Assembly: GCA_964234715.1 (NCBI GenBank)
Contig: OZ174277.1
Strand: one strand, 5' to 3'
Origin: Podarcis melisellensis
Lineage: Eukaryota
Length of the DNA: 64,000 nt
Position 1 is the stretch's first letter, and each line of letters opens with the position of its first letter. Position numbers and translations under genes: made by a program. The notes under the pieces are model-generated. The model was not told the origin of the DNA. It ran no database searches and worked only from the letters and a program-made list of their open reading frames with translations. Below, piece after piece: positions 13,777-27,893 of this stretch.

Positions 13777-14357
13777 TTATTTACCATTAAATCTTCAAAG
13801 CACAAGGGCCAGCCAATCAACACTCAGCACAGCCACACAGGGTAGGGAAGGAGAAAAGGAAGTAGCTTCATGGTTGTCATAGAGGTTGGACAACAGCTCT
13901 CTGCGCAGCCAGATTCTCCTACAAATAGAGAAAAAAAGTTGGTTCTGAACATTATTATGCTAGGAATACTGTAACCTTTGCCCTAAAACACTAAAAGTGG
14001 ATGTGTAGTGGGATCACGACCCAAGTTACATTCATCAGTAGTCAACACTGAGTTTGGTGTGACTTGTTTCTCTAGTATGGGTACTTTATATTAAGAATCT
14101 AAAATTGTGCCTATAAGCACTTGTTCCAAGGGGTAGCAGCTCCTCTGAAACATAGGCCCCACATTTAGAGCAGTATCATATCATTTTAAATGGTCATTAG
14201 TCCCCCCCCCCAAGAATCATGAGAACTGTAGCTGGTTAAGGGTGCTGGGAGTTGTAAGGCAATTCCATTTTCTACTCACAAGGCTACAGTTCCCACCATT
14301 CCCTGAGATCAGGGACTGACTCTTGAGCCACTCTGAAAGTTGTAGCTCTGCGAGGGA

Positions 14358-14677
14358 AATACCCTCCAACATTTCTCCAAGGAAAATAGGGATGTCCCAT
14401 TCCGTAATAATAATTTTACTATTTAAACCCCTCCCACCTGACTGGGTTGCCCATATATAAAAACATAATAAAACATTAAACATTAAAAAAACAACCCTTC
14501 CCTATACAGGGATGCCTTCAAATTACTCAGGGGGTCGTATAACTCCATACCCATTTCTCCAATGAAAATAGGGATGTCCTGAGGAAAAGCAGGACATTCT
14601 GGGATCAAATTAGAAACTGGGACGGCTTCTGTAAATCCAGGACTGTCCTTGGAAAACAGAGACACTTGGAGTGTCTG
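14358..14677. mobile_element. Non-autonomous DNA-transposon-like element containing an L2 3'-end fragment, nested in an older MITE (~14150-14772)
   Basis: Ends ATACCCTCCAA...TTGGAGTGTCTG; CATTTCTCCAAnGAAAATAGGGATGTCC occurs twice (14370, 14552); 14405-14520 resembles the L2 3' tail at 23647-23790. Confidence 0.55.
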
Positions 14678-17600
14678 CTAACAACTCTCAGCACCTCAGT
14701 GCTCTTAACAAACTGTAGTTCCCAGGATTCTTTGGGTATCATGTTGTTTTAAATGTACAGTGCAGATGGGACCTATTTAAGACCCAGCATAGAACTCAGC
14801 AACCTGAAGGAGTTTATCTCCTTACATTGTCCTACTAACAATCTGAGATCAGTTGAGACGGTCCCTTGGTTGCACTATCACCACATAAAGTCCAGGTAAC
14901 TGTAGCTCAGTACTAGCTCTAGTTAGTTTTGGTGCCAGCTGGGAACATTTCTCTTTCACCCAGTCTTTTGCAATTATAATGTTGGCTAGCATGATGGGTG
15001 TGACAGCTGGAGGGATCAGTGTGTAGTGTAGTAAAATTTATTGGCATTTATTGCTCAATTGCATTTAGTTTCTCAATGGTGTGACCCACCCTGAGATCAT
15101 TCCACAGTAATATTTAAAGCTATTAAATAAATACTAGTTGCTTGTCCACCCCTCTAGGTTCCAGATACAGATCTGCAAAATTTCCGGCCCCTAAGGCTAA
15201 CTGTATAATTTTAAGTATGTTTACTCAGATGTATCACTGATGTCAAGGGAATAATTGTGCTGTATTGGTTTAACCAGAGTCAAAGCAATGCTTTGTGCAT
15301 TCTCCAACCACAGCTTAAATATTTACAAAGATGGCAGTAAATCAAAAGTGTTGAGCCTAGATTGACAACACAAGCAAATTTGTACCCACTTTGGCATTAC
15401 CTGAGCAGTGCAGTAGCAAGACAACCAACTCTTTATGGTTCTGACAAATGCTTATCTGCTAACATCTGTCTTTATGCGGTTAAGGGTAAACAAGATAATG
15501 GGTTGTAATCCACTAAATACTATGCAGAGTAGCCCAACTGAAATGAATAAACCTAACCTAACCTAACCATGCCCATTAACTCCAATGGGCCTACTCTGAG
15601 TAGGACTAGAGTAGTCTTGGCCTTACAGCTCTCTGGTCTTTTCACAAAACTAAAATCCCCAGGATTTGATGGGGGATGCCCTGGCCATTAAAATGACTAA
15701 ATTATCATCATCATCATCTTTATTATTCATTTCATTTATATACCATTTTGTATTTTTAAGATAAAAATATCAAAGTGGTTTACAACCTACATTAAAACAT
15801 CAGATGAAACAACCCAGAGTAAAACATTACAGAAGAAAGCCAAATACACATTCAAAGCAGCGTAATTAACAGGAAACTAAATATTATCTTAAAGTTTTCA
15901 AAATAAAACATTACTAAGGTGATCAAGTACAGAATGCACATTTAACACAGCAAAGTTAATAAAAAAATTATCTTAACGTTTCAAAAGAAAACATTTCTAA
16001 AGGAAATCAAATATAAAATGCATATTTAAAGCAGTGCAATTAGCATAAAAATAAAATATCCCCAAGCCACACAATCAATAATTTTTAAAATATAATTTAT
16101 GAATATTTTTCAAATAAAATACTGAGACTTTTAAATACAGACACATGGTTTCCATTCAGCTGCAGTTAGGTTTTGCTGCTCAGGAGAATTTTTGAGCAAC
16201 TTGGCACAAATGGCTGCTGTTTAAAGGAAATAAATGCAAAAAGCTCTTCAAATTAAAAGATGGTGTGATCCTATGCATGTTTATTCAGCCATACTGTGTT
16301 CAATGGGTCTTACTTGCTGCTCAGACTGCTGCCCAGCAAGATTGTGTTCTCCACCAACTCAGTATCAGCACAGGACATCGCTGGTGTTAATCTGCAATTT
16401 CATTTTACTATGCTTGCACTTGTGTTTACAACAGTTTTGTTTTTACATGACTTTTTACCTCTATTGTGATTATGACTGTTTAACTTTCTTGTCACCAGTT
16501 TCAGAATGTGCTGCTTGGGAAAGCAGGTGAGAAAGTTTAATGAATGTATTTTGTTGTGATAGCCTTCTTTTTACTCTGAGGCTTGTTTAGCTTTTAGTTT
16601 TTAGGGTTTTTCCCCTCTCATTCACCAGACTTTGCACTTAAGGTATCTATTTTAGTGCCACAATCAAGGGTGCCATAATATTGTCTTCATAAACAGTCCC
16701 AGCTTCAGAATCCAAATGTAATTAGCACAAAGTTATTCATGGCGTACACCAGACATTATTGCAACAGCAATATAAATTCCACAAAATGATGCATAACCTA
16801 GAAAAAGGCTGCAAATTTATCATGCTGTGATGCTTTTGCAATATGGATTGCACTTATCTTTTTATTTTCCACTGACAGCATAAGTTATGTGTAACAGGAT
16901 GGTGATCCATATACTTTAGCATCTGTGCAATACTATAAATTACAGAGTTCTCCGTACACTAGAGGAAATGAGAAGTTACCAGCATCCAGCTCAGTAATTT
17001 TGATGGGAAAAGGAAGGCTGTACAAAGAGCTTTAAAACTGATGATGAATTGAACCTAAGAGGCTGAGATGTTCCTTTCGGGCTTGACAAACCCTGAGATG
17101 AAACTTTATCCATTAAAATAAGTTTTCCCACCCTCTTAATTGGGATCTGAACTACACCACCTCTGTCAAATACTCATAAATCCTTCCCTCATCTTATTAA
17201 CAGAAGTCAAACGAAAAATTTAAACACATCTTAGGGGTCTCTAGCTACAGGCGCTTCCAGGTGACATGTCTATTGAGCATTCATCCTGATTTGTTTGCAG
17301 ATATTAGATGGCATTGGCTAATGAATGAGCTTTGTTTGTGGGAAGGCCAGATGTTTTGTCAAAACAAGTGCTGCCCCACATTTTCTCCATCACTTTTCAT
17401 CTCACAAAAAGTCAGATTTTTAGGAGAGGTGGGCTGGTTGTGCAAGACCTCCCAGTCAACTGCAATTGCACAGCTGCCACACCTAGCCCAAAGCTGATGC
17501 CAGACACTTCATCCTGAGAGGATGAGTCAGATGCTCCACAGGTCAAGGCCCTTAAGGACTCCTCCTTGACTGGACCCACCTTCCTCCTCACTGCTACCAC

Positions 17601-18688
17601 CACTATCCATTTACTTAGAATCTTAGAATTGTAGAGTTGGACGGGACCACGAGGGTAACTTAATCCAAGCCCCTGCAGCACAGGAATCTCAGCTTGCCAT
17701 CTCTCTTTGGGCCTAAATGACATGGATGCCTTGAAGGAGAGGACAAAGTGAAAGGAGGCTGCTGTTTCTCCTCGTTGCTCTTCTTACTGCTCACTTCCTT
17801 AGAGGGGACAGGTGAACTGTCAAGGGGTGGCCCGTGTTTCAGCACCTGAGGCAAAATGCCCTGCTGCCACCGCTATAGTGTGGTGGGAAACTTCGTAAGG
17901 ACTTCACCTGGCCACACTGCTGGGGGGTGGAGGTGGGGAGGTCATTCTGGATCTCCCCTCCAGCCTGGCAGCAAAGCTGGGTGATGGAATGCCTCCCCTC
18001 TCACCAAGTCAGCAGGAGGGAAGGCATTCCACAGATCTTTACTGTTGGTCCTTCTCTGCCCTAGAAGCTGGGGAGATGGGTGGCAAAGTTGGGTGGCCGA
18101 TTAGAGGTGCCACCCCTTGAGGGGTGTTGCCTGAGGAAGCCACCTCACTATGCCTCATAGGCAGGCTGACTCTGGGTGAACCTGTAGAGGCAGCAAGCAG
18201 GACTGTGAGCCCTGGCAGATGTCCAACAATGCTGACGTCTGCTGCCAGCACTTGTAGAGCTTAGTATCCTAAACAGCTGTTGTGCACACACATAGGGAAA
18301 CTCTAGCCTGAATGCACACAGAAAGAGGAGATGCAGCATATATACCCTCAGAGGTCTAGGGCTAGTTTTGCAAGTATTTCTCAGGAATCCTGGGCCTTTT
18401 ATGGCAAGAACTGGTAATCATATTGAGGGTGGTATGCAACTAGGGCGGATCTCCACCACATTTCAAGCACACCCTATGCACCTGACTTTCCCCCAAGAAT
18501 CCTTGGAACTGTAGTTTGTTAAGGGTGATGAGAAATTTAGCTCTCTGGGAAGGGGAAACTACAGTTTCCAGGATTCATTGGGGAAAGTAGTGTGTTTTAA
18601 ATGTGTGTTGGATGTGTCTGAAATGTATGGTCTAGGTACCAAGAGCACAGTCCCCTTTCTTCCCAGTTTGACTGGCTGCTGCTAAATA

Positions 18689-18862
18689 TATGGTTGCCAT
18701 ACATCCAAATTTTGGGGACATACCTGGAATACTGCAGTCGGAAGTGGTGTCTGGGCAGAAATTGTCAAAAACGTCTGGGAAAATCTGGACGTATGGCAAT
18801 CCAATCTTCCTTTAAAAAGCTTTTGTTTTTGGATTTTCACCTTTTGAAATATGGCAACCCTA
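18689..18862. mobile_element. hAT-type MITE
   Basis: TIRs TATGGTTGCCATA / TATGGCAACCCTA; TSD GCTAAATA/GCTAGAAA (6/8). Confidence 0.7.
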
Positions 18863-18874
18863 GCTAGAAATATG

Positions 18875-19184
18875 GAGGGGATGGGGAATCTCAAACCAGG
18901 GGGCCCTCTAGGTCTCTCTCTCTGGCCCACAGGACTCTCCCCACAACATGTCCCCTTCTCAGCCACCCTGGGCCACACTCCTCACTGACTGTGCTTTGCA
19001 TCCTCTTACCTGGCTGGGATGTGTCCTTGAACTCTAATTATGTTGTCTGGATGGTGGGGAGAGGGGTATGTAGATCCATTGCTTCTCCCACTTTGGGCTG
19101 TGGTCCATCCTACCTCTGGCATGTGACCCCTGGGAAGTTGCCTAGAAGGGTAGCCCTCAGGCTGAAAAGGGTTCCCCACCCCTG
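18875..19184. mobile_element. hAT-type non-autonomous element
   Basis: Ends (G)AGGGGATGGGGAA ... GTTCCCCACCCCTG, like CAGGGG-terminated hAT MITEs. Confidence 0.6.
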
Positions 19185-22100
19185 AAATCAAAGTTGGGAG
19201 TTGGGAAGGATCCCCAAGTCTAAGTGCCTGCAATGTAGAGATTGCAAGTAAAGAACCCTTGATTCTTCACTCAGGGGGAAACGAAGCTTTACTCATAAAA
19301 ATGATGGCAAAGATTTCCCCAAGACATGTCTCCGTGCATAGATGGAATGTCTCTTAACTGTTCTAACAGTGATCTTCAGTTGTTGGAACATTATTGTGCA
19401 TTTATGCATTGTGGTTAAAGCATCACTGTTAGAATAAAGTTGAACTTGTTGAACCTGTCAAAGCCCATACAAAAACAAGTAGGCAGGCAGATCGCTCATG
19501 TTTTATCTGTATCTGCTGCATTCCAAAGCCTCTGCGTGCTTTATACAAATAGTTAACATTTTACACTGAAAAAGACAAAAGGAAACAAACAAATGCTATT
19601 TCCCTTGGTGCTCTTCCCTTCCTGCTGAGTGGCAGAAAAATGCCACTTCCCATCAGGGGGGATGTTATCTCCTCTAGGCGGTGATGGGGGTAGACTGACC
19701 TTTCTTGGGCCTCTGCAACCACAGGGCAACCCTGTGTGTGCACGTTGAAGTGAAGGTTCAGTTATCTGCTGGAAAAGTGTGCTGACGTTCACTTCCTCGT
19801 AGTTCCAGCGACCTCAGAACCTGCTCTTTCATGGATCTGTTTTTTGAACTGCTTTGGTGTTGCCTCCAAAGAATCCCACTGATGCAAGTGATGAAGCCTT
19901 TGACAGCAACACCCACAAGGACGCACTAAACCACAGCAATTGTAAATCAAGCCACATATGCTTCTAATGGATCGAATTATCCTTGCTAATTTTAACTTTG
20001 TCATTGCCAGATCTGAGGAAAGCTAGATGGATTGCTCAAAAAGGAGAGAGTGAGAAGGAAGGAATTAGAAAGGTTTGAGGCATCCATCTTTAGATGCTGA
20101 AAATGAAAACATGACTTCCTCCTAGCCTGACCTGACTCTATGCAGCTCTCTGTTTAAAAATGGTTCTTTCCATCACTAAGTGAAGAAAGTGGTTAGTATA
20201 TTATGTTTTTTATAGGCTGCAATTGTGTAGAGATTCCCACAGGCAGAAGGGTGCGTGTTATTCCCCACCCTTTATTCTACCTGTCCCCCAGCACCACCTC
20301 CCACACTCTTTTGGAGGGTATCTGAATCCTTCAGATCAGAATTTGTTAGGGGAGGCAGCTGCAGCAGGAAAGAAATTTCCCTACCCCCTCCACCAGCAGG
20401 AGTCTCTGCAGGATTGGAGCCATTTTAGATGATTTTATTTTCATACGTCTTTTTCAAAAGCATACTTTTTTACAGCCTGGTCCTTTAGAATAGGAAGACA
20501 TAAACACTTCAACAAATGCACTTTGTTCAGCAGTTGTGGAAATCATGCACTAGATCAAGAAGGATTTCTGACTCTCAATTGCTTAACAATGGCAGCAACA
20601 AAATGACTCACTCCTCTCAAATTTATTTGAAGAAAGTTGGCATGGGACATGTGTGTGTAAGGACAGTGACCACAGCTCAGTTCAGGTATTAAAAACAAAT
20701 CTCTGGACTCAAGAGTTCTATAATTCTAAATGGATCTGGCTTGCGGATCTCAGGGTTTTAGTAAAAAAGAAAAAGTAGCTGCCAGCCACTAGTCTGCAGC
20801 TGAAGACAATGAGCAACTATTCAAGTGAGCTTTTAAAACTTCAGATGCTCTGTGCTCTGGGGGAAAGGGGGGAAATGAAGAGGGAAAACATAAGAGGAGA
20901 TGTTTTGTGTAGCTGCCCTGTGAACAAAGTGTGGCTATTCCATAGCAGGAAGCAGTCTTCATTGTATGTTCAGTTCTTTATATGGCAACCTGTTCCAGTT
21001 ACTTAAAAGGGACTTACTCTCAGGTAAGTCGATGTAGGATTGCAGCCTGCATCTGGCATCTTTGATTTGTGCTTCTGAACTGATGAGATATGCTCACTCT
21101 TATGTTACACAACCCAGGAAACTCAGGGTGCTACTGTGGCTTGATGACTGTTCCTCAGAATGATTGTTATTTTGTTACCTGTGTATGCACCATATCCATA
21201 AAGCACTTTAGTTTGTTCAGTGTGCTGGGAATTGTAGCTCTGTGAAGGGTATACTACAGTTCCCATGAATCTTTTTGGGGTAGGTAGGGGTAGAAAGGAG
21301 TATGTGTATTGTGTGGGATGTAAAACACAGGAGCAGTCAATTATAACATTCCTAGAGTGTACATGTTAAGACATGGGGAGAGATGTCTGTCCAGCCAGCA
21401 GGTGAACTTCCTGGACCAGACTTCCTCCGCATGTGACCAGAGGTGGGTGTGGCCTCACCTGTGCAGGTAATGATAAAAACACAGGTGAGAGCAGCCATCT
21501 CTCTCTCTCTCATCTTCATCTTTCGAAGCAGCAACATCTGCTAAGGATGCCCTCTTGGCTCCCAACCAAGAGAGGACAAAGGGACTATCTTCCTATAAGA
21601 TAGATTCTAAATGTATGTTACCTTTTAAGCCTGTCTGCCTTCTGGGATCATATTGTGAACAGAACGTGAGTAAACTCTTTTATACTTTTATAAAGACTGT
21701 GTCGTGTCTTGTATTTTAAGAGGGAATAAAGGGGAAATTACCAGAGTAATTATTATAGAGGTTCTTGCGAACCAGAGCACACTTTACCGTTGCGAACTTA
21801 AAAGGGGAATGTCTATTAACTCTGCAGATATTTTGGGAACTTGTTACCACAAGTTGGATAAGGATATAATCTCACAATATATCCTCTCCTGCATCCCTGA
21901 ACATTCACACATATTGAATGTGCTTTAAAAATATTCTGTGTGTAAGACTTCACAGGATTAAACAATTAGAGAACAAATACTACTTCCATTCTAGCAGATG
22001 CAATACATATATGGAAACAATATTAGATATTTTATTTTTGGGTGGTGGGAAGAAAGGGAATGTAATTAATAACTGCCCCCCCCCCAATTGAGCTGATTTC

Positions 22101-23124
22101 TCTTTTGAGGTATAGAATGGATCAAATTTTTAATTTCCACTTCCTATGATTGGCTAGGAAAACAAATATCAAAATACCACAAGAAAGACTCTCCTTGCAT
22201 CATTTCCAGAAAGCACAGGAAATACCAGCTGGTATAGAACAGCCTCCAATCTCCAGTAGTTAAATTACTGGATATGTATCAGAGGATTTTCATAAGATAA
22301 TTAGGGATACTTCCTGTGTGGAAAGGAAAATAGTCAAGATTTGATTTAAATGTTGGGGGATACTGTATTGAAAAAGCTCAATCCAGAGCCAGCTACGTTG
22401 AAAAGTTTTAAAGACAATTTGTTCTCAATGAAGTCAATTGAGTTATGCTGGCTTATATTCTTCAACGACAGTTTGCATGGTCCTTGATGGATCATGCAGC
22501 TTGGAATAATTGTTCTCTTCCTTAGCCTTCTCAGATTTTAGTGGTGTGTTGTTACATTCCTGAAAAAGCACTGGATAGGCAATTCTGAAAACTGGTACTT
22601 CTGTAAATTTTTCATTCTTACACAACCACCTATATACAATGGCATTGGTTCAATGTGCTTTACAAAACAAGCAAGCAAACAACCAACCAACAAAAGCCGA
22701 CCCTGAAATTAACTTACAATTATTTTTTCTTTATGAATCTATAAATCTTATATAAGTTACGGAGCAAAATCATTGTGTCATTATAACAGGAAGGCCTCTT
22801 TATAGTGCACTGGGCAATGTGAGGATATTGTGTGTACAGTAACAACAACCCCTGCTCCAAGTATCCTATTTTCTTCTATGGGTAGGACAGCAATGAATCC
22901 CTCTCCCCAAACGTAGCTGCTACAACCATCTTAATACCCTGCAACTGCATTTCCCTTTAAAAATCTACAACACACCAAGAAATTTAACACTGCACTGTGC
23001 TGTAGGATAACAATGGCTCTTATTTGAATTTGCATTAGCAGGGTAATTTTTAAATGTTTACATTCGCAGAATGTTTCATGCCCAAAATTAAAAATGAGTT
23101 AGAAAGAGAATTAACTCTAGTTAA

Positions 23125-23400
23125 GCAATGGCATTTGCTCCCTTAAGAGGTAGTGATGGCCACCATCTTGGGTGGCTTTGAAAAGGATACTGTAGATACA
23201 TTCATGAAGGAGGAGGCTATTATGGGCTACTAGCCACAATGTCTATGTTCTGCCTCCACTGTTGGATGCAGAATGCATCTGTATCAGAAATGGGAAGAGG
23301 GCTATTTCACTTAGCTCCTGCTGCAGGCTTCCCATGGTTGGCCACTGTGTGAAAACCGGGTGCTGGATTAGATGGTCCTTTGGCCTGGATGCCTCTGATG
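23125..23400 (+). mobile_element. Decayed CR1-type 3' end
   Basis: GTGATGGCCACC...TGGCTTTGAAAAGG...TTCATGAAGGAGGAGGCTAT; homologous to 56340-56575 and 50215-50430. Confidence 0.6.
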
Positions 23401-23646
23401 TGAGGAGGGGCATGTGAGAGAGGGAGAAGAATAGGCAATCTGGGTGTGACATGGGTTCTCAAACCGGCTTGGTGGGCTTTTGAAAAAAAAACCCTTACCA
23501 GGATGATTTACAACATTGCCTCCTCAAACTCAGAACCGTACAACCCATCAGCAGCTGTGCAGATGCTTTCCTCTTCTTTGGGTTTCATAGATCTCCAACG
23601 GGGCGACATCAATATTACTGATAATTCTTGGTTTTGTAGAACTTGC

Positions 23647-24525
23647 TAATAATAATAATAATAATAATAACAATTTATTATTTATACCCCGCCCATCTGG
23701 CTGGGCCTCCCCAGCCACTCTGGGCGGCTTCCATAGAAACCAAAAATACAGTAAAATATCACACGTTAAAAACTTCCCTGAAGATGTCTTCTGAATGTCA
23801 GGTAGTTGTTTATCGCTTTGACATCTGCTGGAAGGGCGTTCCACAGGGCGGGCGCCACTACCGAGAAGGCCCTCTGCCTGGTTCCCTGTAGCTTTGCTTC
23901 TCGCAATGAGGGAACCGCCAGAAGGCCCTCGGCGCTGGACCTCAGCGTCCGGGCAGAATGATGGGGGTGGAGACGCTCCTTCAGGTATACTGGACCGAGG
24001 CCATTTAGGGCTTTAAAGGTCAGCACCAACACTTTGAATTGTGCTCGGAAACGTACTGGTAGCCAATGTAGGTCTTTCAAGACCAGTGTTATATGGTCTC
24101 GGCGGCCGCCCCCAGTCACCAGTCTAGCTGCCGCATTCTGGATTAGTTGTAGTTTCCGGGTCACCTTCAAAGGTAGCCCCACGTAGAGCGCATTGCAGTA
24201 GTCCAAGCGGGAGATAACCAGAGCATGTACCACTCTGGCGAGACAGTCTGCAGGCAGATAGGGTCTCAGCCTACGTACCAGATGGAGCTGGTACACAGCT
24301 GCCCTGGATACAGATTTGACCTGTGCCTCCATGGACAGCTGTGAGTCCAAAATGACTCCCAGGCTGCGCACCTGGTCCTTCAGGGGCACAGTTACCCCAT
24401 TCAGGACCAGGGAATCCTCCACACCTGCCTGCCTCCTGTCCCCCCAAAACAGTATTCTGTCTTGTCAGGATTCATCCTCAATCTGTTAGCCGCCATCCAT
24501 CCTCCAACCGCCTCCAGACACTCAC
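23647..24525 (-). mobile_element. 5'-truncated L2 LINE (ORF2 C-terminus, 3'UTR and (TTA)n tail)
   Basis: 218-aa ORF with SLGVILDSQL, SRLDYCNALYVGLP, LQLIQNAAARL, LHWLPVRFRAQFK, RAFSVVAPALWNALP (L2-clade post-RT region); (AAT)n at 23647-23670. Confidence 0.92.
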
Positions 24526-25350
24526 TATGGCTATGCATTGTTGAAAGTCAACATGTTTACAACCAAGCTAGTGCTTTGTAGTTTAGTAGCACTGATTTTT
24601 TTTTGAATTGGTCAATAAATGTTCTTCATTCCATAACCACATAATTAGGATAATAAATCTCCCTTCTTCGAAACGAAAACTTGTGAATGTGATAACGACT
24701 TCTGATTCCCTCAGTAAGAACAGAAGGAAGTTTTGGATATCCAAGATCAAAGATTCATGCTTCTGCTGTTAAACTGTTGTCCTCTGGGAAGGAACTTGTA
24801 TTAGGTTTCAGGATGTTCTGTAATATGCACTACGTTTCACATGTAATAAGTCACATGAAAATATGTAAACACAAGGTCCTGAGAAATAGGTTAACTACAC
24901 TGCATCCCAATGAAACAGACATTTTAAAATAATAATAATAAATAATAGACATATTGCTCCGGTTTTTTAAAAATAATAATAATAAAGCAAATAGAGAATA
25001 TATCAACCAATATGAATATCCATATTGCTTCTTTATATATATTCCTAAATTTATAAGACTATACAAGATTACTTTAGCTTATCTCCCAGGATACATTTGA
25101 ATCTTTCATTGATTTATATATAATTATTAAACACTAAGTTATATATCGGGTTCAGTGTAATTATCTGCATAGCAATGGATAGTGGAGCAAAACAGCACCA
25201 CCACATCACTAAGCAAATGTATTTTCTTGTGTGTAAACTGGTAGTGACTAACCAGGAAAGAAATTGCTGGGTCCATGGTGGATAGCTCAATGAAAATAAC
25301 AATTTGGTATGCGGCATCTGTACAAAAGACTAATACCATGCTAAGTATTA

Positions 25351-25397
25351 GTTCACGACTGGACTTAACTGTCAGGGGTCCTTTACCTTTACCTTTT
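25351..25397 (+). mobile_element. 3' tail fragment of a Sauria SINE or its partner RTE/Bov-B-like LINE
   Basis: CACGACTGGACTTAACTGTCAGGGGTCCTTTACCTTTACCTTT resembles the reverse complement of 13443-13482. Confidence 0.7.
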
Positions 25398-25445
25398 TAG
25401 ATGAGTGACACATTGTGCCAGGTATTGTTTCATGAGCAATAAATG

Positions 25446-25582
25446 CGGGGCTTTGTTTTCAGCCAGAACTCACTGGAACTCAGTTCCGGCACCTCTCAGG
25501 TGGGTGCCATTGCTATTATGAGAGAATAAGAGAAGCTTTCATGGTGAGTTCCGCCACCCATTTTTCTAGAAAAATAGTGCTG
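25446..25582. mobile_element. hAT-type MITE, family A copy 2
   Basis: Homologous to 1450-1585; TSD AATAAATG/AAGAGATG (6/8). Confidence 0.72.
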
Positions 25583-27331
25583 AAGAGATGTCATACAATG
25601 CAAAAAAGGTGCTTATTTGCTGCAAACCATATTTGCCAACCTAGAGTCAAACAATCAGATATTGATGGACTCCAACGCCCATCAGCTCCAGCCAACATGG
25701 CCAGTGTTCAAGGACGATGGGAATTGTAGTCCAACAGGATCCAGAGACATCCAAATTGAAAGAAAAGGTTTTAAATATTCAGTTTAAAGAATATACTGAT
25801 TCTTTTTCCATGCCAAAATCATATATGCCAAAGTTAATATGTTTCATGATGTCTGAAAACCTATTTAAAGAACCCAACCAGCAGAATCTATCAGACAAAA
25901 TTAAACTCCAGCTTCCTCGGCAAACGATGATTGGGAAATTTGCTCTTCATTAAATCTGTTCAGGTAGCTTTGGCCCACTTGATACTTTCCCAATTGATAA
26001 TAACTGTCCCAACTAGCTTCAGCTGCAAGTGAGCCAGATTTGGAGAGACCCACCACTGCAGATAGATGATGGCTCAAGCAAGTGAGAGGCCAGTAATACC
26101 AGGTAGACAGGGAAGCAAGGTAGAATCAACATAATGAAGTGTGGTCCTAGGTGTGTGTTTCAGGACCCACAGTTACTTGTCCTGCAGATGGGTAGTTGCA
26201 GAAGTTGTCTCAGCACTGTCCTAGAGAAAGTCCAGACTCCAGTGAGCACAGCTTCACATAGGATGGACCAAAGACTCTCTGTGTTCAATGATTCCTGTTC
26301 TGGGGCCATGGCACTTCATTCCATAGCCAAATATTGGAAGTTTAGGCTCACATGTCCTTTCCCATGGGTAGGGTTCAGAGAAGAGTGATAAGAATTCCAC
26401 TTGTGCAATAGGACGTTCCTGGCTTCTCTCCACTCACTGCACGCCCCCCTGAATCCTCCCCAAAATTGCTTCTGCAGATTGAGGGACAGTCTGGAACTGA
26501 ATGGAAGAGGCATAGGGAGGGGCTGTAGTGAGTAAGAGAAAAGGGGGAAATTTAGCAGGCCTACCTTGCTCAAGGGAAAGTGACTTTCTGGTTGAGCATG
26601 ACACCTTGGGATCCAAGTCCATGTAAAGACAACAAAGAATCCCCCACCCTAAAATAAATAAATGAATCCAGTGATGCAATTAGGTAATTTCAGGCGCTGA
26701 ATTTAATGGCCTGATTGCACTTCCAAATGTGGCAAGCCAGCCCTGCTGCATTTGGGGTACCCTGTTAATTGTGCACATCTTCTCCCCCCAAGTCCTGCCC
26801 ATCGATACTGTGGAATGAATCTTAGGGATTTGCACTGAAAGTTGATCAGTCTGTATTGTCATTCAGAATGATTTCTGTTTGAAGCCAGCTTGTACAGCAT
26901 GGATACCTAACCTGTGGCCCTCTAGTTACTGATGGAGTATAGCTGCTTTCATCCCCGACCACTGGCCACACTGACTGGGATTGGAGTCCAACAATCTCTG
27001 GTCTGATCACAGGGTAAGCCAGCCCTTTCAGTGCAGTTCTAGTACTTTTGTTGAAGCTGATTTCTGGCACTAGCTCTGAACTGTAGTTAGTAAAGCTGAG
27101 TTTTACTCTGCTCAGCTGGGATGTTGGGTGCTATAAAAACAGGGCATTACTTAACATTGCTCACTAGGCAGTTAATATAACAGCACTGTGAAAGGAAGGA
27201 GGGCCTATAGTAGATTGTTATAGGATCTATTCAGCTTGTTTCTGGGAACAGGTAGGTAGCTGTGTTGGTCTGCTGTAGTCAAAACAAAATAAAAAAAAGT
27301 GAAGGCACACTTCTTCACTTCTTCTTCTTCC

Positions 27332-27367
27332 TATCTGAAGAAGTGTTCATGCACACGAAAGCTCATA
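27332..27367 (+). ncRNA. Minimal type I hammerhead ribozyme motif (copy 1)
   Basis: TAT-CTGAAGA-A-GTGT(TCATGC)ACAC-GAAA-GC-TC-ATA: complete core, stem II 4 bp, stem I TAT/ATA, predicted cleavage after C27364. Confidence 0.7.
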
Positions 27368-27419
27368 CCAATAACAAACTTAGTTGGTCTCAAAGGTGCT
27401 ACTGGAAGGAATTTTTTTA

Positions 27420-27893
27420 CAGTGGTACCTCAAGTTACAGACGCTTCAGGTTACAGACTCCGCTAACCCAGAAATAGTACCTCGGGTTAAGAATTTTGCT
27501 TCAGGATGAGAACAGAAATCACACAACAGCGGCGCAGCAGCAGCAGGAGGCCCCATTAGCTAAAGTGGTGCTTCAGGTTAAGAACAGTTTCAGGTTAATA
27601 GTACCTCGGGTTAAGAACTTTGCTTCAGGATGAGAACAGAAATCACACAACAGCGACGCAGCAGCAGGAGGAGGCCCCATTAGCTAAAGTGGTGCTTCAG
27701 GTTAAGAACAGTTTCAGGTTAATAGTACCTCGGGTTAAGAACTTTGCTTCAGGATGAGAACAGAAATCACACAACAGCGACGCAGCAGCAGGAGGAGGCC
27801 CCATTAGCTAAAGTGGTGCTTCAGGTTAAGAACAGTTTCAGGTTAAGAATGGACCTCTGGAACGAATTAAGTTCTTAACCTGAGGTACCACTG
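27420..27893. mobile_element. Tc1/mariner (Tigger/pogo-like) MITE with internal 3x124-bp tandem repeat
   Basis: TIR CAGTGGTACCTCA...TGAGGTACCACTG, TA on both sides (27418-27419, 27894-27895); repeat units start at 27473, 27597 and 27721. Confidence 0.9.

Noticed and set aside
23766-24422. 218-aa ORF as a host gene
   Set aside because: It is the C-terminal part of L2 ORF2, 5'-truncated, with an altered C-terminus.
27473-27844. CRISPR-like or other repeat-spacer array
   Set aside because: The units are near-identical tandem copies with no unique spacers, inside a eukaryotic MITE.
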